From positions 38,936,001-39,000,000 of the forward strand of contig CM060732.1 of assembly GCA_030704615.1 (NCBI GenBank): a stretch of DNA of 64,000 bases, in the 5' to 3' direction. Shown here piece after piece: positions 32,244 to 44,015 of the stretch. Position 1 is the first letter of the stretch, and each line of letters opens with the position of its first letter. The DNA is from Takakia lepidozioides. Its lineage: Eukaryota > Plantae > Bryophyta. The position numbers and the translations under genes were made by a program. The notes under the pieces were generated by a model. The model was not told the origin of the DNA, ran no database searches, and worked only from the letters and a program-made list of their open reading frames with translations.

Positions 32244-35200
32244 CCCAGGATTGGCTGATGCAGCTGGTGTTGTGCATCTTTTAATTCTTTTTCATTCACT
32301 TACGGACACAGCGACCACATCAAGTATCAATCTCGTTGTCATATCTTTTGGAAGGTGACCAGCAACATCTGGCCTGCTAATAGTTAAGCTATGTCTCCCA
32401 GGTGGCTGTCCCACCATGGAAGCTGAAATCCTTAGATGAACTACAAAGCACTCAAAAAATGGGTGCTCCAGCAAAGTGCTCCGGGATGGTTCATAAGTTG
32501 TGCGCACTGGAAGGCTAATGGTATTCATGCTCAGGAGGTATGGTCAAAATTCAAAGGCCGAGAATCCATAGGGATGGATTCATTACAAAATTTAGGAAGA
32601 TCCATTACAAAATCCATTGTTTGACAACATTAGGACCTCCAGTCTTGCAGACAACACACCAAAGCTTTTCCCAAGCTCATGCAGCCAAGTAGCCATTCAG
32701 GAATCTGGAACAGATTTGTATACTCTGCAGAGGTTGCAGAAACTTGTTATGCTCACAAAAAAATTATAAGATTCCAACACCGACATCAAAATGCCATGAA
32801 ATTTTAGGTGCAGGTCGGAATGCAGTTACTGTCCCTGGAAAACCGTTTAGGCATTTTTGTGCCTAATAATTATTTAAACCAAACAGACTGCTTAGGCACG
32901 TTTCTTAAACCATTTCTCACATTAGGCATCTTCATGCTATACCTTGACCTTAGTATAGAGGAAACTATGTGTAGATGTGTGAAGGCCTATTCTCTCCTAA
33001 CCTAGAAATCTCCCTATTCATCCAAAGCGGCGATACTCATTCATCGTATAATTTTTTCGGCTTAAAGTACCGTTAAACTGTTACAATGATAGTTCAGCTA
33101 GGGTTAGTTTAGGATGGTGGCCTCATCCTGGCCCTTCATTAAATCTAGGGCTATGAAAAGGCGCCGCGGGCCTGACCTGTCACGCCTGGCCACGCGGCAG
33201 GCAGCAGAAGTTCGGGCTTTTTGTATAAAGACGGCACCCTGACCTGTGCGGTATACTTAGGTGTTAGTGTATATGTGTAATTGGTGAACAGGCAATGGAT
33301 GAGAGTTCATTTGTGTCAGATCCCTGTGTTGATACTCCTCTCACGCATCGCTCGCTCTTCTTACTTGCCCCTTCGTTGTGAAAAGTTGCTTCTTGAGAGG
33401 AAATGAGTATATGCTTCAGGCTCGTTTTGTGGTGGAGAGAAGTCGGGTAGCGTACAGGCGTTTGGTGGCTCCTGCCCGCTCTGTCAGGCTTAGTTAGGTC
33501 TTTTTGGGGGATCTGCACTAATCCCTGCTGCATAGTGCTTCGGTAATCAGTCTTATCAATGGCGGCTCGTCACCTTGCCGCATTTTTCCTTGCTGCCATG
33601 ATCTTGCTTTCTCACGCTGTGTCTTGTGTTGTGTTTGCAGGAAATGGCTGCAGTACATGACCTTACTTGTATAGCTCGCAGAGAGGGAGAGAGTGTTTCT
33701 GTACAGATTAACTGAGTGTTTGCGATTGAGACTAACCCTGTTGTTGATACTCCTTCTGCTGCCAATCCTGCTGATACTGACCAGACTGATAGCGCGTTGC
33801 CTGGCATTGTTGCCTTGCCAGCGTTGCCGTTGCCTGAGCCCAACACTAATGCTCCAGATCTTGTTGTTCCTTTGGACTTTCGTGGTTCTAGTGATTATGC
33901 TAACCTAGTTGAGGCTGAAGTTTGGTTTTAAGTCCCGAAAAGTCCAACAGCTCCTTAAATAGCTGTGATCCGGAGTACTACAACTTTGACAATTTTGTGG
34001 ATCCTGGTCCTGAGTACTTTAGTGACAGACGATAGGCGGCAGAACTTGAATGAGAGATTGAGCTGTCGCAATAAAATGATGATTTGCTTTGTGAAGCTAG
34101 TGAGGAAGACTGTCTTTGGTTTGGAAGGATAGAAAAAGATGTTGAGAAAGACTTTGATGCATTGTTCAGACACCACAATTCTTTGTTTGTGAGGCCATCA
34201 CTTGAGGCCTGTGTGGTAGTATCTAGTTTCAACTTCTTCCGAGCAATCTGCCTAGTTCTAGAGATAGGCAGATTGCTCGAAGGAGTTGGACCTGCGCAAC
34301 TCTGAGCACTTGCATGTAGGTGTGATCAAATCACGCTTTCTGCATCACCGCGAGCTAAGTTCCTGGCTTGAACTTGGATTGTATCTACCTCTCTCTGGTA
34401 TTCGAGGTTCAGAACTTCACCTTGGCCCTGGCCCTGGCCTATCGGGGCAGAACTGGCTTTCACTGATATTACAGGGCACGGGGTCCTTGGTGTTAAGAGC
34501 TTTGAGATTTCACCTTCAGCTCTGCACGTCGGCACCCACGCACTCTCAACTGCTCCATGGCTTTAAGGGGTGGAGCCCTGATCGTGCATGCGTCTGACAT
34601 ACTGATTCTGGGTGTGGGTGCTACATTTGCGACCCAACAGGTGGTTCACCAGTGTGCCTTTTAAGGCTTGATAACTACCCTGTGTCGAGCGTCCTCGCAC
34701 GAATGTGGCTAGAAGCTAGGGTGACACTGCCCGTGTATGTTTTTGGGCCAAGAACACTAAAGGCTTGGTTGCGATCTGGTAGACAGGCACATGGATAGTT
34801 CAAGGGAGCCGCTTGATGAAGGTGTCCCTGAGATGAGCGAGGGGTCGGACAACCTACAGGCAGGTCTTGACCAATGATGAATCTGAACACTGGCGAGGTT
34901 TTAGACCCTCGCATGATGGTGTTGTTACGAGATTGAGGGGTGAGGGTTCTGTTGTTCCACCCGAGTGCTCTGGGGGTAGCCAACCCAACGGATTTTCTAA
35001 TTTATGTTCAGAATGATGAAGTCGGGGAGGCTGGGCGTGGTGAACCCACAGCACAGTCGCAGAGTCAGGTGACGGGTATTGGCAACGCTCCCTCCCATCC
35101 TGAGTGGCCACGTCGGTCTCGGACATTCGGGCTACTATGAGTGGGTACGCCAGCCCCGGTTACTAATGTGGGCTCTAATGTGATGCATGTTCTTGTGATG

Positions 35201-36870
35201 GGTCTCCCTAATCCCACTCTCGGGGGAGGGACTTCGTCGCCTGTGAGTTCGGGTTTGCATTTGGGTAGTGTTTTTTCGTTAAAATTCTACTTCTATTGTG
35301 GGTTGAGGGGAAGTGATACAAGTGCCCTCCAGCTCATTTATTGGTCAGACCCCTAGTACCAGCCAGCACCCATGTGGGGGTGCTCTCCCCGTCCAACAAA
35401 TGGGAAGGCCACCACAGGTTGCAGCCATTCAATCTGTAGGCATGTACGTTGGTCATATCAGCAATGTAGGGTCCAGAACAGTTCAAACAATGGGAGTGGT
35501 ACCAATTCCTCCCATGAGTGGAGTGCCACAAAACCACTTACAATCAGCCTATCCTGCTGCTCAGCAAAGAGTACTATCACATGCCCTCTCAATGGGCCTG
35601 GTGGCATCACATGCAAGTCTGCCACCTTCTACTGCTATTGGGTCAGCTAGTAGTAGTTTGAGTCATGTTTCTGCATCTGCTGTTAATCATATACATACTG
35701 CTAGTATTGCTACTGCTCACACTCGGGCCACAGTTCCCTGCTACCCTGCTCATGGATCTATTCTTCTTGGACACATGAACCAAAGCTTGCCCTATCATCC
35801 GATCCCTCAGTTGACCACTCAGCCCTATCCAGAATATAACATGGGAGAAGGTTTTGATAAACTTCAGACTCTTTAAAGTTATTGCTGATGAGAATGGTGT
35901 GCCTGAGAATTGTAACAGTAGCTATCTTGATGATAAGCATGAAGGTATCTCCTGACTTGTTACATACAGCATTTGGATAATCCCAACTTCAATTGGACAT
36001 CCTGAAAAGACCTTGTTCAAACCTCCTGAGGCCTCTGGACTGCGTTGCCAAACTATCTTCTAGATCTTGCCAGTTTGGGGAATTCTTGTGCAACTTGAAT
36101 ATGGATATGAAGTTTGCTGTCGTTGAGACTTCATGCACCCTGCAGAGAGCGACTGCATGTTACAGGTACATTCTCGTTGGCTCATCCTCCAGAACTGGGC
36201 TCAGCGTCATCATTTTGTCAATGACAAAACTATGTTAGCAAAAGTAAATCTTAAGATGGCTTGACTGACAGCAAATCAATGCATCACGCCATATTACAAC
36301 AATATGTAATAAAATAGTGGCCAAAAATTCAGAAAAATAAAACTAACACCCCATAAAAAATGCCTGTATGTCTCTGTATGGAAAATTAGATGGGGAGTGA
36401 CCTCCCCAAGCCTCCGAAAGGGGGCTGTAGTCGCAAGGCGAAGTGGTCTTACTTATGCCAACGACGGCAAGAGTCTTTTCTGTGGACGAAATAATTTGGA
36501 TCGGAATAAGAAAGGTAAGGTTGGTAGATGGTGGACCTCTTGCCCCCTTCCTAAGAGTAGTTTAAAGGACTTGAGGTATCTTTAGTTTAAAGGAGGGGAA
36601 AAACTACTAGAAACTTGTTTGCTCTTGATCAACTCTCCTTTACTCTCGAACTGCTTGTCACTTGAACGAACCGTGTCCCTTTAATTTCTCTTTACCTTAT
36701 ATTAGTTTTAATATTTTTGGAAATACTATTATAATTTGGAACTTATTTTAATATAAATGTGAAGTCACCAATATATTGGTACTTTACAGTATTTCTAAAT
36801 GTGTTTTTAAAAAAAAAATCTCATAATTTCCGACACCCTATATTTTTCTCGTCAAATAGTAAAATTTGTA

Positions 36871-37895
36871 AGTGACCTCCCCTTGTTCGGAGGTGCGCCT
36901 TATAAAAGGAGATGTCTCGATACTAGGTAACCGAGGAGAGGGAGGGAGGAAAATTGTTATGAACTCCCCTGGGTTTCCAGAGGGACCTAGAGTGGAGGGA
37001 CCTAGAGTGGTTGGTGATAATGGCTATAAGAGAGCGGAGTGTTGTAAGGAGGATTGCTTTTAAGCATTGATGAATTGGGAGAATGGGTATTTTGAAATTA
37101 TCATATAAATCATTGATACTGGCATTCTGTATGCCGCCCCGGGTTCCGGCAATGACGACTGTGAGTGAGCCAATCTTCCATCTCTGTCGACGAATTGCAA
37201 AAATGAGTGTCGTTTTTCTAAGATTGAATCGTTGGGGTATCGATCATGGCAGAATGTAAACTCAATAAAGTGGACGATGAATTGTGGGGATGGTGAGATA
37301 GGTGGTGAGGTAGTCCCTGGATAATGAGTAAGTTCGGGCATAAGCCATGACGGTACAGTGTGGTCTGGTGGCCTCCCCTAGAAGATACCAGTGTTAATGA
37401 GTGTGAACCATCGGGATTGGGCTCGTTTTGTGAATAGTTTGTGGAGATACCAGACTGCTTGGTTGTGTCGAGTGATATGAAGACCATGGAAGACCGGGTG
37501 TGTGTATTGGCTCAGGAGGTGCGCCCAGGTATCACGTGCATTGTGGTTTGTGGAGCATAGTAGGCAGTAAAGTGATCGAAGAGATGTGGCCAGAAAATGT
37601 GTTTGCGTTGGTGACCCATGTATTGGGCGTATCTAAATTTGAGTGTCTGGCGGAATTGTGTGTTAATGGTAGCTTTGATTTGCCAGAAGTGGTTCGAAAG
37701 TTTGTGGTCTAATACTTCGGTTTGGGTCAATTTTTTAATATATATTTTGGTATGACTGATAGAGGTTGTGGCTTGTTTGTTTGCTTCACGGGTGAGGGTG
37801 GCCAAGAAATTGCGTATGGGTCGTGGTGCCGTAGGGTCCGGAATTAGGTGTATAAACCAGAAAGGGTGGGTGTGGGCGATGTGAATAGAGTGATA
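36871..37895 (-). mobile_element. 3' fragment of a non-LTR retrotransposon with restriction-like endonuclease (Dualen/RandI- or R2-group-like)
   Basis: LKFRYAQYMG...LCSTNHNARDTWAHLL...ITRHNQAVW...P(N)LLIIQG...HFIEFTFCHD: a degenerate CCHC, RHN and PD..E layout, with stops and frameshifts. Confidence 0.7.
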
Positions 37896-38505
37896 TGTTT
37901 CAAGTCCACTAACTTCAAAGCCTTGCATTGTCCTCTCAGCAGGTAGATTGCTGGCCAGCAGAACAGCCCCCTCATGGCCCAATTCCATATCCATGAGCTA
38001 AGCTTTCCCTGCATGGTTGACACATGATGTACTATATTATCTGCTATACTTTTGAATGTTGTGAGGGTTCTTGGTCTTAAGCTATGTCATGCATCTGGTA
38101 TTGAGGTATTCATTGCAGATGGATCCAAATATGAGCTTGGCTGGGTCTAGTCACTGCACCCATCAAGATTCACAAGAAAGAGGTTGCGGTGACCTGCCAG
38201 GCCTCTTTCTTGCTAGGCCTTGACTGGATGATTGGAGCTGGTACTACCATGAATCTAGCAAATTATTCCGTTCACTTTAACAATGGTGAGGGCCATGAGA
38301 TAGTGGTACCCTTGAAGGCAGTGAAACTGAAAGCTAGGTCAGTTATAGCCAATCTCTCTAGAGTGCAGGCCCTGGTCAAAGAGGTACAACAAAACTCTCA
38401 CTCCAACCTTAATTGGAATGAACTTTACAAATTTCAGTTTGATCTTCAGCTTTTGTATCAATGGCAGGTTCCTCTAGTGCTGGTGGAAGGACAGGGGTGC
38501 CTATA

Positions 38506-38830
38506 GCTATTCCCAAAAATTCTACATTGATTCGTGCGCCTGTCAACATCACCATTCCTGCTATGACCCAGAAAAAGGTTAAATCTGGCGTCGCCTTCCT
38601 GTATCCAGCTGTTCATTTTCTAGAAGTTGAGGGTTGGAAGGAGATTCACTCAAACAAGTTTGCTTGGTGGCTATCGGTGTCATAGATAGAGGTTATAGGC
38701 AGGAAGTCAAGATTTTAATTGCTAATCCTCAGCTCTTTCATGTGACTAATACGAAGGGGCAGGTCCTGGCTCGCATCAGTGCCCTACCCATTGCTGAAAT
38801 ACAACAAGTACAAGCTGGCTTTGGGCTAGA
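38506..38830 (+). pseudogene. dUTPase-like domain between protease and RT (one frameshift)
   Basis: IRAPVNITIP...VKSGVAF...GVIDRGYRQEVKILIAN...KGQVLARI...AGFG, corresponding to trimeric dUTPase motifs 3, 4 and part of 5. Confidence 0.75.
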
Positions 38831-39590
38831 AGCCATTGGCATTCAACATAGCCCTATGGATGTTGTCTTTGATGCAATGGTACCACCACATATTCCTGAT
38901 CTGAGTCTTGAAAGTAGGACTGCCCTCACCAAAGTGTTGTCTGAAATCAAATTAGACACCACCTTCTCCTCATGTCAAAAGAAAATAGTGGAAATGCTTG
39001 TTGCTAAGAATCTAGATATCTTCACTCTACTGATTTGGGGCATATTCCCATCCTTCAACATGACATTGTACTTGAATGACTTCCTATTAAGCGATTTGCT
39101 TACCAAAAGAGTGTCAAAGAGTGTGCTATAGTTCAAGAAGAAGTCCAGAAAATGCTAGATGCTGGTGTTATTAAGCCATCAGTTTCTCCTTGGGCTAGTC
39201 CAATTGTCCTGGTTGGTAAGAAAGACGGCACTACCCACTTTGTGTTGACTTTAGGAAACTGAATGACATCACCAAGAAAGATGTCTACCCTCTGTAGACC
39301 CAGGATAAATGAAACCTTGGATCAATTGCATGGTGCTACAATCTTCTCCTCTCTTGATGTTGCATCTAGTTTTTGGCAAGTTCCTCTAACAAAAGCAAAC
39401 CAAAGAAAAGACTTCATTTGTGTGTTGCATGGGCAAATACCAATATGAAACCATGCCCTTTGGTTTATGCAATGCCACCTCTACATTCCAACGCCTCATG
39501 GACATTGTCTTGGATAATCTTCGCTGGCAGCGTGCCTTAATTTATATCGATGATATCAATGTATATTCAGCTAGTTTTGAATCTGCCCAT

Positions 39591-40584
39591 CACTAGAAGG
39601 AAAACGGGGAATAACCACTGGCCCTTTAACCACTACTGTCTTTTCCCACTCTATAAACCACTAGTAACCACTTACCAGTGGTTAATCCCGATAAAATGCT
39701 ATGGTGGCATCACAGACAGTGGTTGGAAGTGGTTTCAACCACTCAGTAGTCCACGTGTAATAATCTGTTTTTTTTTTTTGTAATATATTTTAGTTAATAA
39801 ATATAATATTCCACGTGGACGGGTGGAGTGGTACATTGTGAGTGGTTATAGACACCTCAGTGATGGGAAGTGGTTGAAACCACTTGCTACTCCACGTGTA
39901 ATAATTCAAATTTTATTTATGATTTATGATTTGGAAATCTATTTTAAGTAATAATTATAATATTCCACGTGGACAGGACAATGCACGTTGATCTTGAGTG
40001 GTTAAAGACACCTCATTGATTTGTATCACTTTGACAGTGGTAGATAGTGGGTGGTGAAAGGCACTGCAGTAATTGGAACCACTATTCTAGTGGTCGCTCA
40101 TGAGTGGTTGCCTACACAACAGTGATTGGTACCCCTTTTGTGGTGATACATGAAAAACTTTAAGTGGTTTGTGCACCTGTGACAAACTTTGAAAAACAGA
40201 CAAGTGTCCAGACCATTGTAGGATGATGCTATTGAACAAATGATTCCAACAATAAACTTTATTCTGATCTGAAACATATTCGTCACCCTCTGAATCACTT
40301 TCCTCAACTGGAATAGCGATTGGTTGTACAAATGTCGTTTGAATGTAGGTAGCCAACATAGCCAGGTCTTCAGTATCTCATGTTAGTTCTAGAATGTTAT
40401 TGGGTTAAAGACACCTCAGTGATTAGTATCACTTGGACAGTAATACATAGTGATTTATTAAAGACACCGCAGTGATTGGTATCACTTGGACGGTAGTAGA
40501 TTGTGAGTGGTTAAAGACACCTCAGTGACTGGTACCACTCTTGTGGTGATACATGAAAATGTTTTAAGTGGTTTGTGCACATGT
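39591..40584. mobile_element. One end of a CACTA (En/Spm) transposon with subterminal repeats
   Basis: Begins cactagaagg just where the gypsy RT breaks off. Many accact/agtggt motifs in both orientations, about five copies of gtggttaaagacacctcagtga, and ccacgtg x4. Confidence 0.75.
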
Positions 40585-40889
40585 GGCCCTGGGTGCACTC
40601 TTTATAAACTGTGTGTATCACGTGCGTTCGCCGCCTAATAAAAAAAAACCCATGTATACGGGTCCTTGGATAGGTTTATACCCCCCTCTGTACATACTTT
40701 TTGAAGATTATAAAACCCCCTCGTGTAAATATACAAAAATTTATAATTTTTAAAAAGTACCCCCTTCTGTATGTATATTCCCATTTTCCATCATTAAAAA
40801 ATACCCTCCAATATGTATATGTATGTTTTTATATTATATCGAATTTATTCATTTAAAACATAATAAAATCTAATTAATTAATTAAAAAA

Positions 40890-41621
40890 TTATTTGCCTT
40901 TGATAAAGTTGTCAAAGACTTTTTGGTCATTTACATCAAGTACATATGTATTTGACTTGACATTGTACTTTAAACATGCTAACGTGATAATGGAATCCAA
41001 ATCAACCATCATGTTATCCGTCAAATCGTACGTATAGACCCCTCCTTGAACTTTTTGGTACCATGCTAACCCAATCTCCATATGAGAAGGACGCTCCAAT
41101 AAATCAACAGAATCCCTACACTCTACAAACCGCTTATTGATTTTCCTCCACATTCTTTGAACCTTGCCCAAATACCAAGTGCCTTTGGTTGCTCCTCTGC
41201 AGGTTTTCCCTGGTCTGCCTTTCCTGTTTGTAGTTTGGATCACAGTCTCCTCATCAACAAAAAATACAACACAATCCGAACCTAATCCCAAGCTCGTGGC
41301 TTTGTTGCTGGTAGTTGGTTTGTTTTCTCGGCAAAACAACATTGATGCACTTCTTACTCGTGTCAATCTATCCTTGGATAGAGTAGGGTTGCCATTGAGT
41401 TGGCTAACCAAAGTGCTCTTGAATATGGTCTTCCCATCTACTTCGACAAATGGAACTATCGCCTTCCAACCATCTTTCTCTTGTTCAAACTCATCAATGA
41501 CAGCATCCAGAGTATGTCTCAATTCACTTTGAACAAGTACCTCTTCTGCATGATCATCCAAAGGTTGGCTCAAAACATCCTCCATTGAATTCAAATGCCC
41601 GCACACCAATTCATCCACCAC
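40890..41621 (-). pseudogene. C-terminal part of a probable DNA-transposon protein, truncated by the gypsy insertion
   Basis: 243 open codons with no ATG. The motif KSTLVSQLNGNPTLSKDRLTRV is recalled from P-like transposase C-termini. An AT-rich terminal region at 40585-40889 interrupts a CACTA repeat. Confidence 0.55.
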
Positions 41622-42174
41622 GACGAGTGCTCACTAGGTGGAACCCCGCACACCGGGTTGCGGTGGGGGTGGCTCCACAAGGGATGGTGGTAGCTTAGTG
41701 GGACTTGGTGGGGATGGCATAGGACTCACCATGGGGCGGAGACCTTGTGGTGGGAGTCGTGGGGAGTCTTCGGATTCATCACGTTCCAATAGGGCCGTGG
41801 TGGCTGGGCCAAGACTCACCGCGACTCATCACCGGGAATCGAGGGTCTTCGTGTGGTTTCGCCATATAATGGCATGGTTGTTTGTGAAACCCCCGCGGAC
41901 AGTCACAGAAATATATATAGGGAGTAGTAACCCCGAGAACGGTGCAAGCCCGTTGGTGACCAAAAACTAGTGAGTAAGCGAGCGAGCCGGAAAGCGACCA
42001 AAGAGTGGGGAGTTATTCCGGACTGCCATCTACCAAAGGGAATTTCCACTAGGCCCAAATTGGTGGAGGGTCTGGGAAGAGTGTTAGAGGACTGTCTGGG
42101 ACTTAGACACTTATACGGGATTTGTAGGGTACCCTTAATTTTAGCACAGACTGAGACCAACAGGAGCCTTAGGG

Positions 42175-42330
42175 GTGACAGCAGCGCACTGCAGAGGGGG
42201 GTTACACAGCCCGTCACAGCCGACACAGCCACACAGCCAGTCACAGCCCGACACAGCCAAACACAGTCGCACAGCCAGTCACAGCCCGTCACAGTTTCAC
42301 ACAACCAGTCACAGCTTGACACAGCTGTCA
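42175..42330 (+). repeat. About 10-nt-period cacagc array in the putative LTR of gypsy C
   Basis: ccgtcacagc ccgacacagc cagtcacagc and similar units. Confidence 0.85.
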
Positions 42331-42880
42331 CGATCATAGGGAACGGAGAGCAGGACAGGGAACGACTGTGGGGAACAACACCTGCAAATGGAACATGTTA
42401 GTTCACGGACGACGGTTAGTGAGGGAAACGGTTAGAGCCACGGGTAGGAAGATAAAGGGAGAAGCAAGGACTGAGTAGGGGGATTTAATGGAGGGATGAT
42501 TCTGGAAGCACATCAGGGGAAGGACTTCTTGGTGAGGGAAGAGAGGGGATCGGGCGGAGAGCAAGCATGGAGAGCACGGTGAAGGAGGAGAGATGATTAC
42601 CAGATGCTTGTTATATGCAAAGCTGTAGTGATATTGTAAAGCAGATTAGAGACACAATGGCTTCGGCCTGATACCTGATAAATCATAATTTGATACTTAT
42701 ACGATACAATCACACTGTGTAGAGAGATCTGAGTGAAGCTGTGGAATGAATGGATAAGTTGAAGGAATCCGATAGATTGATGAAGCAAACTGATACTTAA
42801 TTATCAATAGTAAGGTAGCTAACATGAATGTGAAAAGGGAAACAAATAGGAAACCCCCCATGATACACTAGCTGTAGGTC

Positions 42881-43603
42881 ATGACTGATTGTTCTGAGCG
42901 GGCTGAGTACTTAGAGATTTCCAACTCTTCTATCTTGGAGTTTCCGCCTCGGATAGCGAAGGGATGGGTGAGTAAAAGCCGCGCGACATTTGGCGACCAT
43001 ACTGGGGATCTGGGTCATGAACAACCAGATGTGACAGGCATCTGGTGGGATCATGGTGGATGGAGAATTAAAGAATTTGATGTGAATCAAATTCCTTGTG
43101 AAACTGAGAAGGAAAGATTGTCCAAACGATTCTTCCAGAGGTTTTTGGAATTGCCGGACGGTTGTAAAAAAAACATTCTTAAGAGAGTGCATGATGCTGA
43201 CCCAGAGTGGGGTCTGGAGAAAGGAGTGATAAAGATTTATCAGGTGGCCTGTAGAGGAAGAGCGCGTTGGTTACCAACATTGGTATATGTGATAGCATTG
43301 CTATCCATTAAGCGAGTAGAGTTTGAAGGCTGGGAGGAAAGAAAAGTGAATGTTTATACTCATATGCATGAAGAGCTTGTACTGGTAAAGAATTAGATTC
43401 CAAAGGATATTTTGTGGATCAAACTCACACCAAGAACAGCTTTTCACTTGTTTGCCATATGGTTATATGGTAACGGAGACTTCAAGTATAACCAAGAGTG
43501 CATTGAAGCTTGAAAGAAACCCAGGCATATACGAGAGATATTACAGAAGAGAGTTTTGGTTACTGCCACATTAAAAGAAATGAAAGACATGGGACATGAG
43601 TGA
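42881..43603 (+). pseudogene. Extra ORF upstream of gag, unknown function
   Basis: 171-aa ORF whose frame continues for about 70 more protein-like codons through single TAG (43394) and TGA (43511) stops. Confidence 0.55.
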
Positions 43604-44015
43604 TGAAAGAGAAGCTAGACGCCAGAGATATTCAGCAAAAGAGAAAGCTATCTGAAAGCTAATTATCCATATATTTGGGAGAGAGGAATAGACATAGGGG
43701 AATCATCTGGACCTCTCACGCCATTAATCAAAGAGTACATCACCCATACCAGAAGAACTAGAGTTGAATGACACTCCTTCTGTTTCTTTGCAAGAAAGAT
43801 TAAGGGAATTGGTACGAGAAGAAGATCAATCACGAGGTGAAAGATCTGAGGTACATCCCTCGATAAAAGATTTGACAGAAATCTTTGATAAGAGTTGGCA
43901 TTGAACACCAAAAGCAGGAACTCCAGTTTCTGAAGCGGAAGGTGAAGAAGGAGGAGAGGATGTGGCAGAGCCAACGGAGAGTTCAGACTCTCCAACACCA
44001 TTGCAGTTGAGTTAC

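Larger units (their letters stand above)
33079..39590 (+). mobile_element. Decayed Ty3/gypsy LTR retrotransposon (putative LTR 33079-34625, gag, protease, dUTPase-like domain, RT cut by CACTA)
   Basis: Protease MVDT*C (38013) and FLLGLDW. RT motifs SPWASPIVLVGKKDG, VDFRKLN, MPFGLCNA, YIDDI. LTR limits (tgttaca...gctaca, tataaag near 33224) are tentative. Confidence 0.75.

Noticed and set aside
40085-40092. ttctagtg as the right CACTA TIR
   Set aside because: Only 8 bp match, the 3-bp TSD does not match (cat versus gtc), and subterminal repeats continue beyond it.
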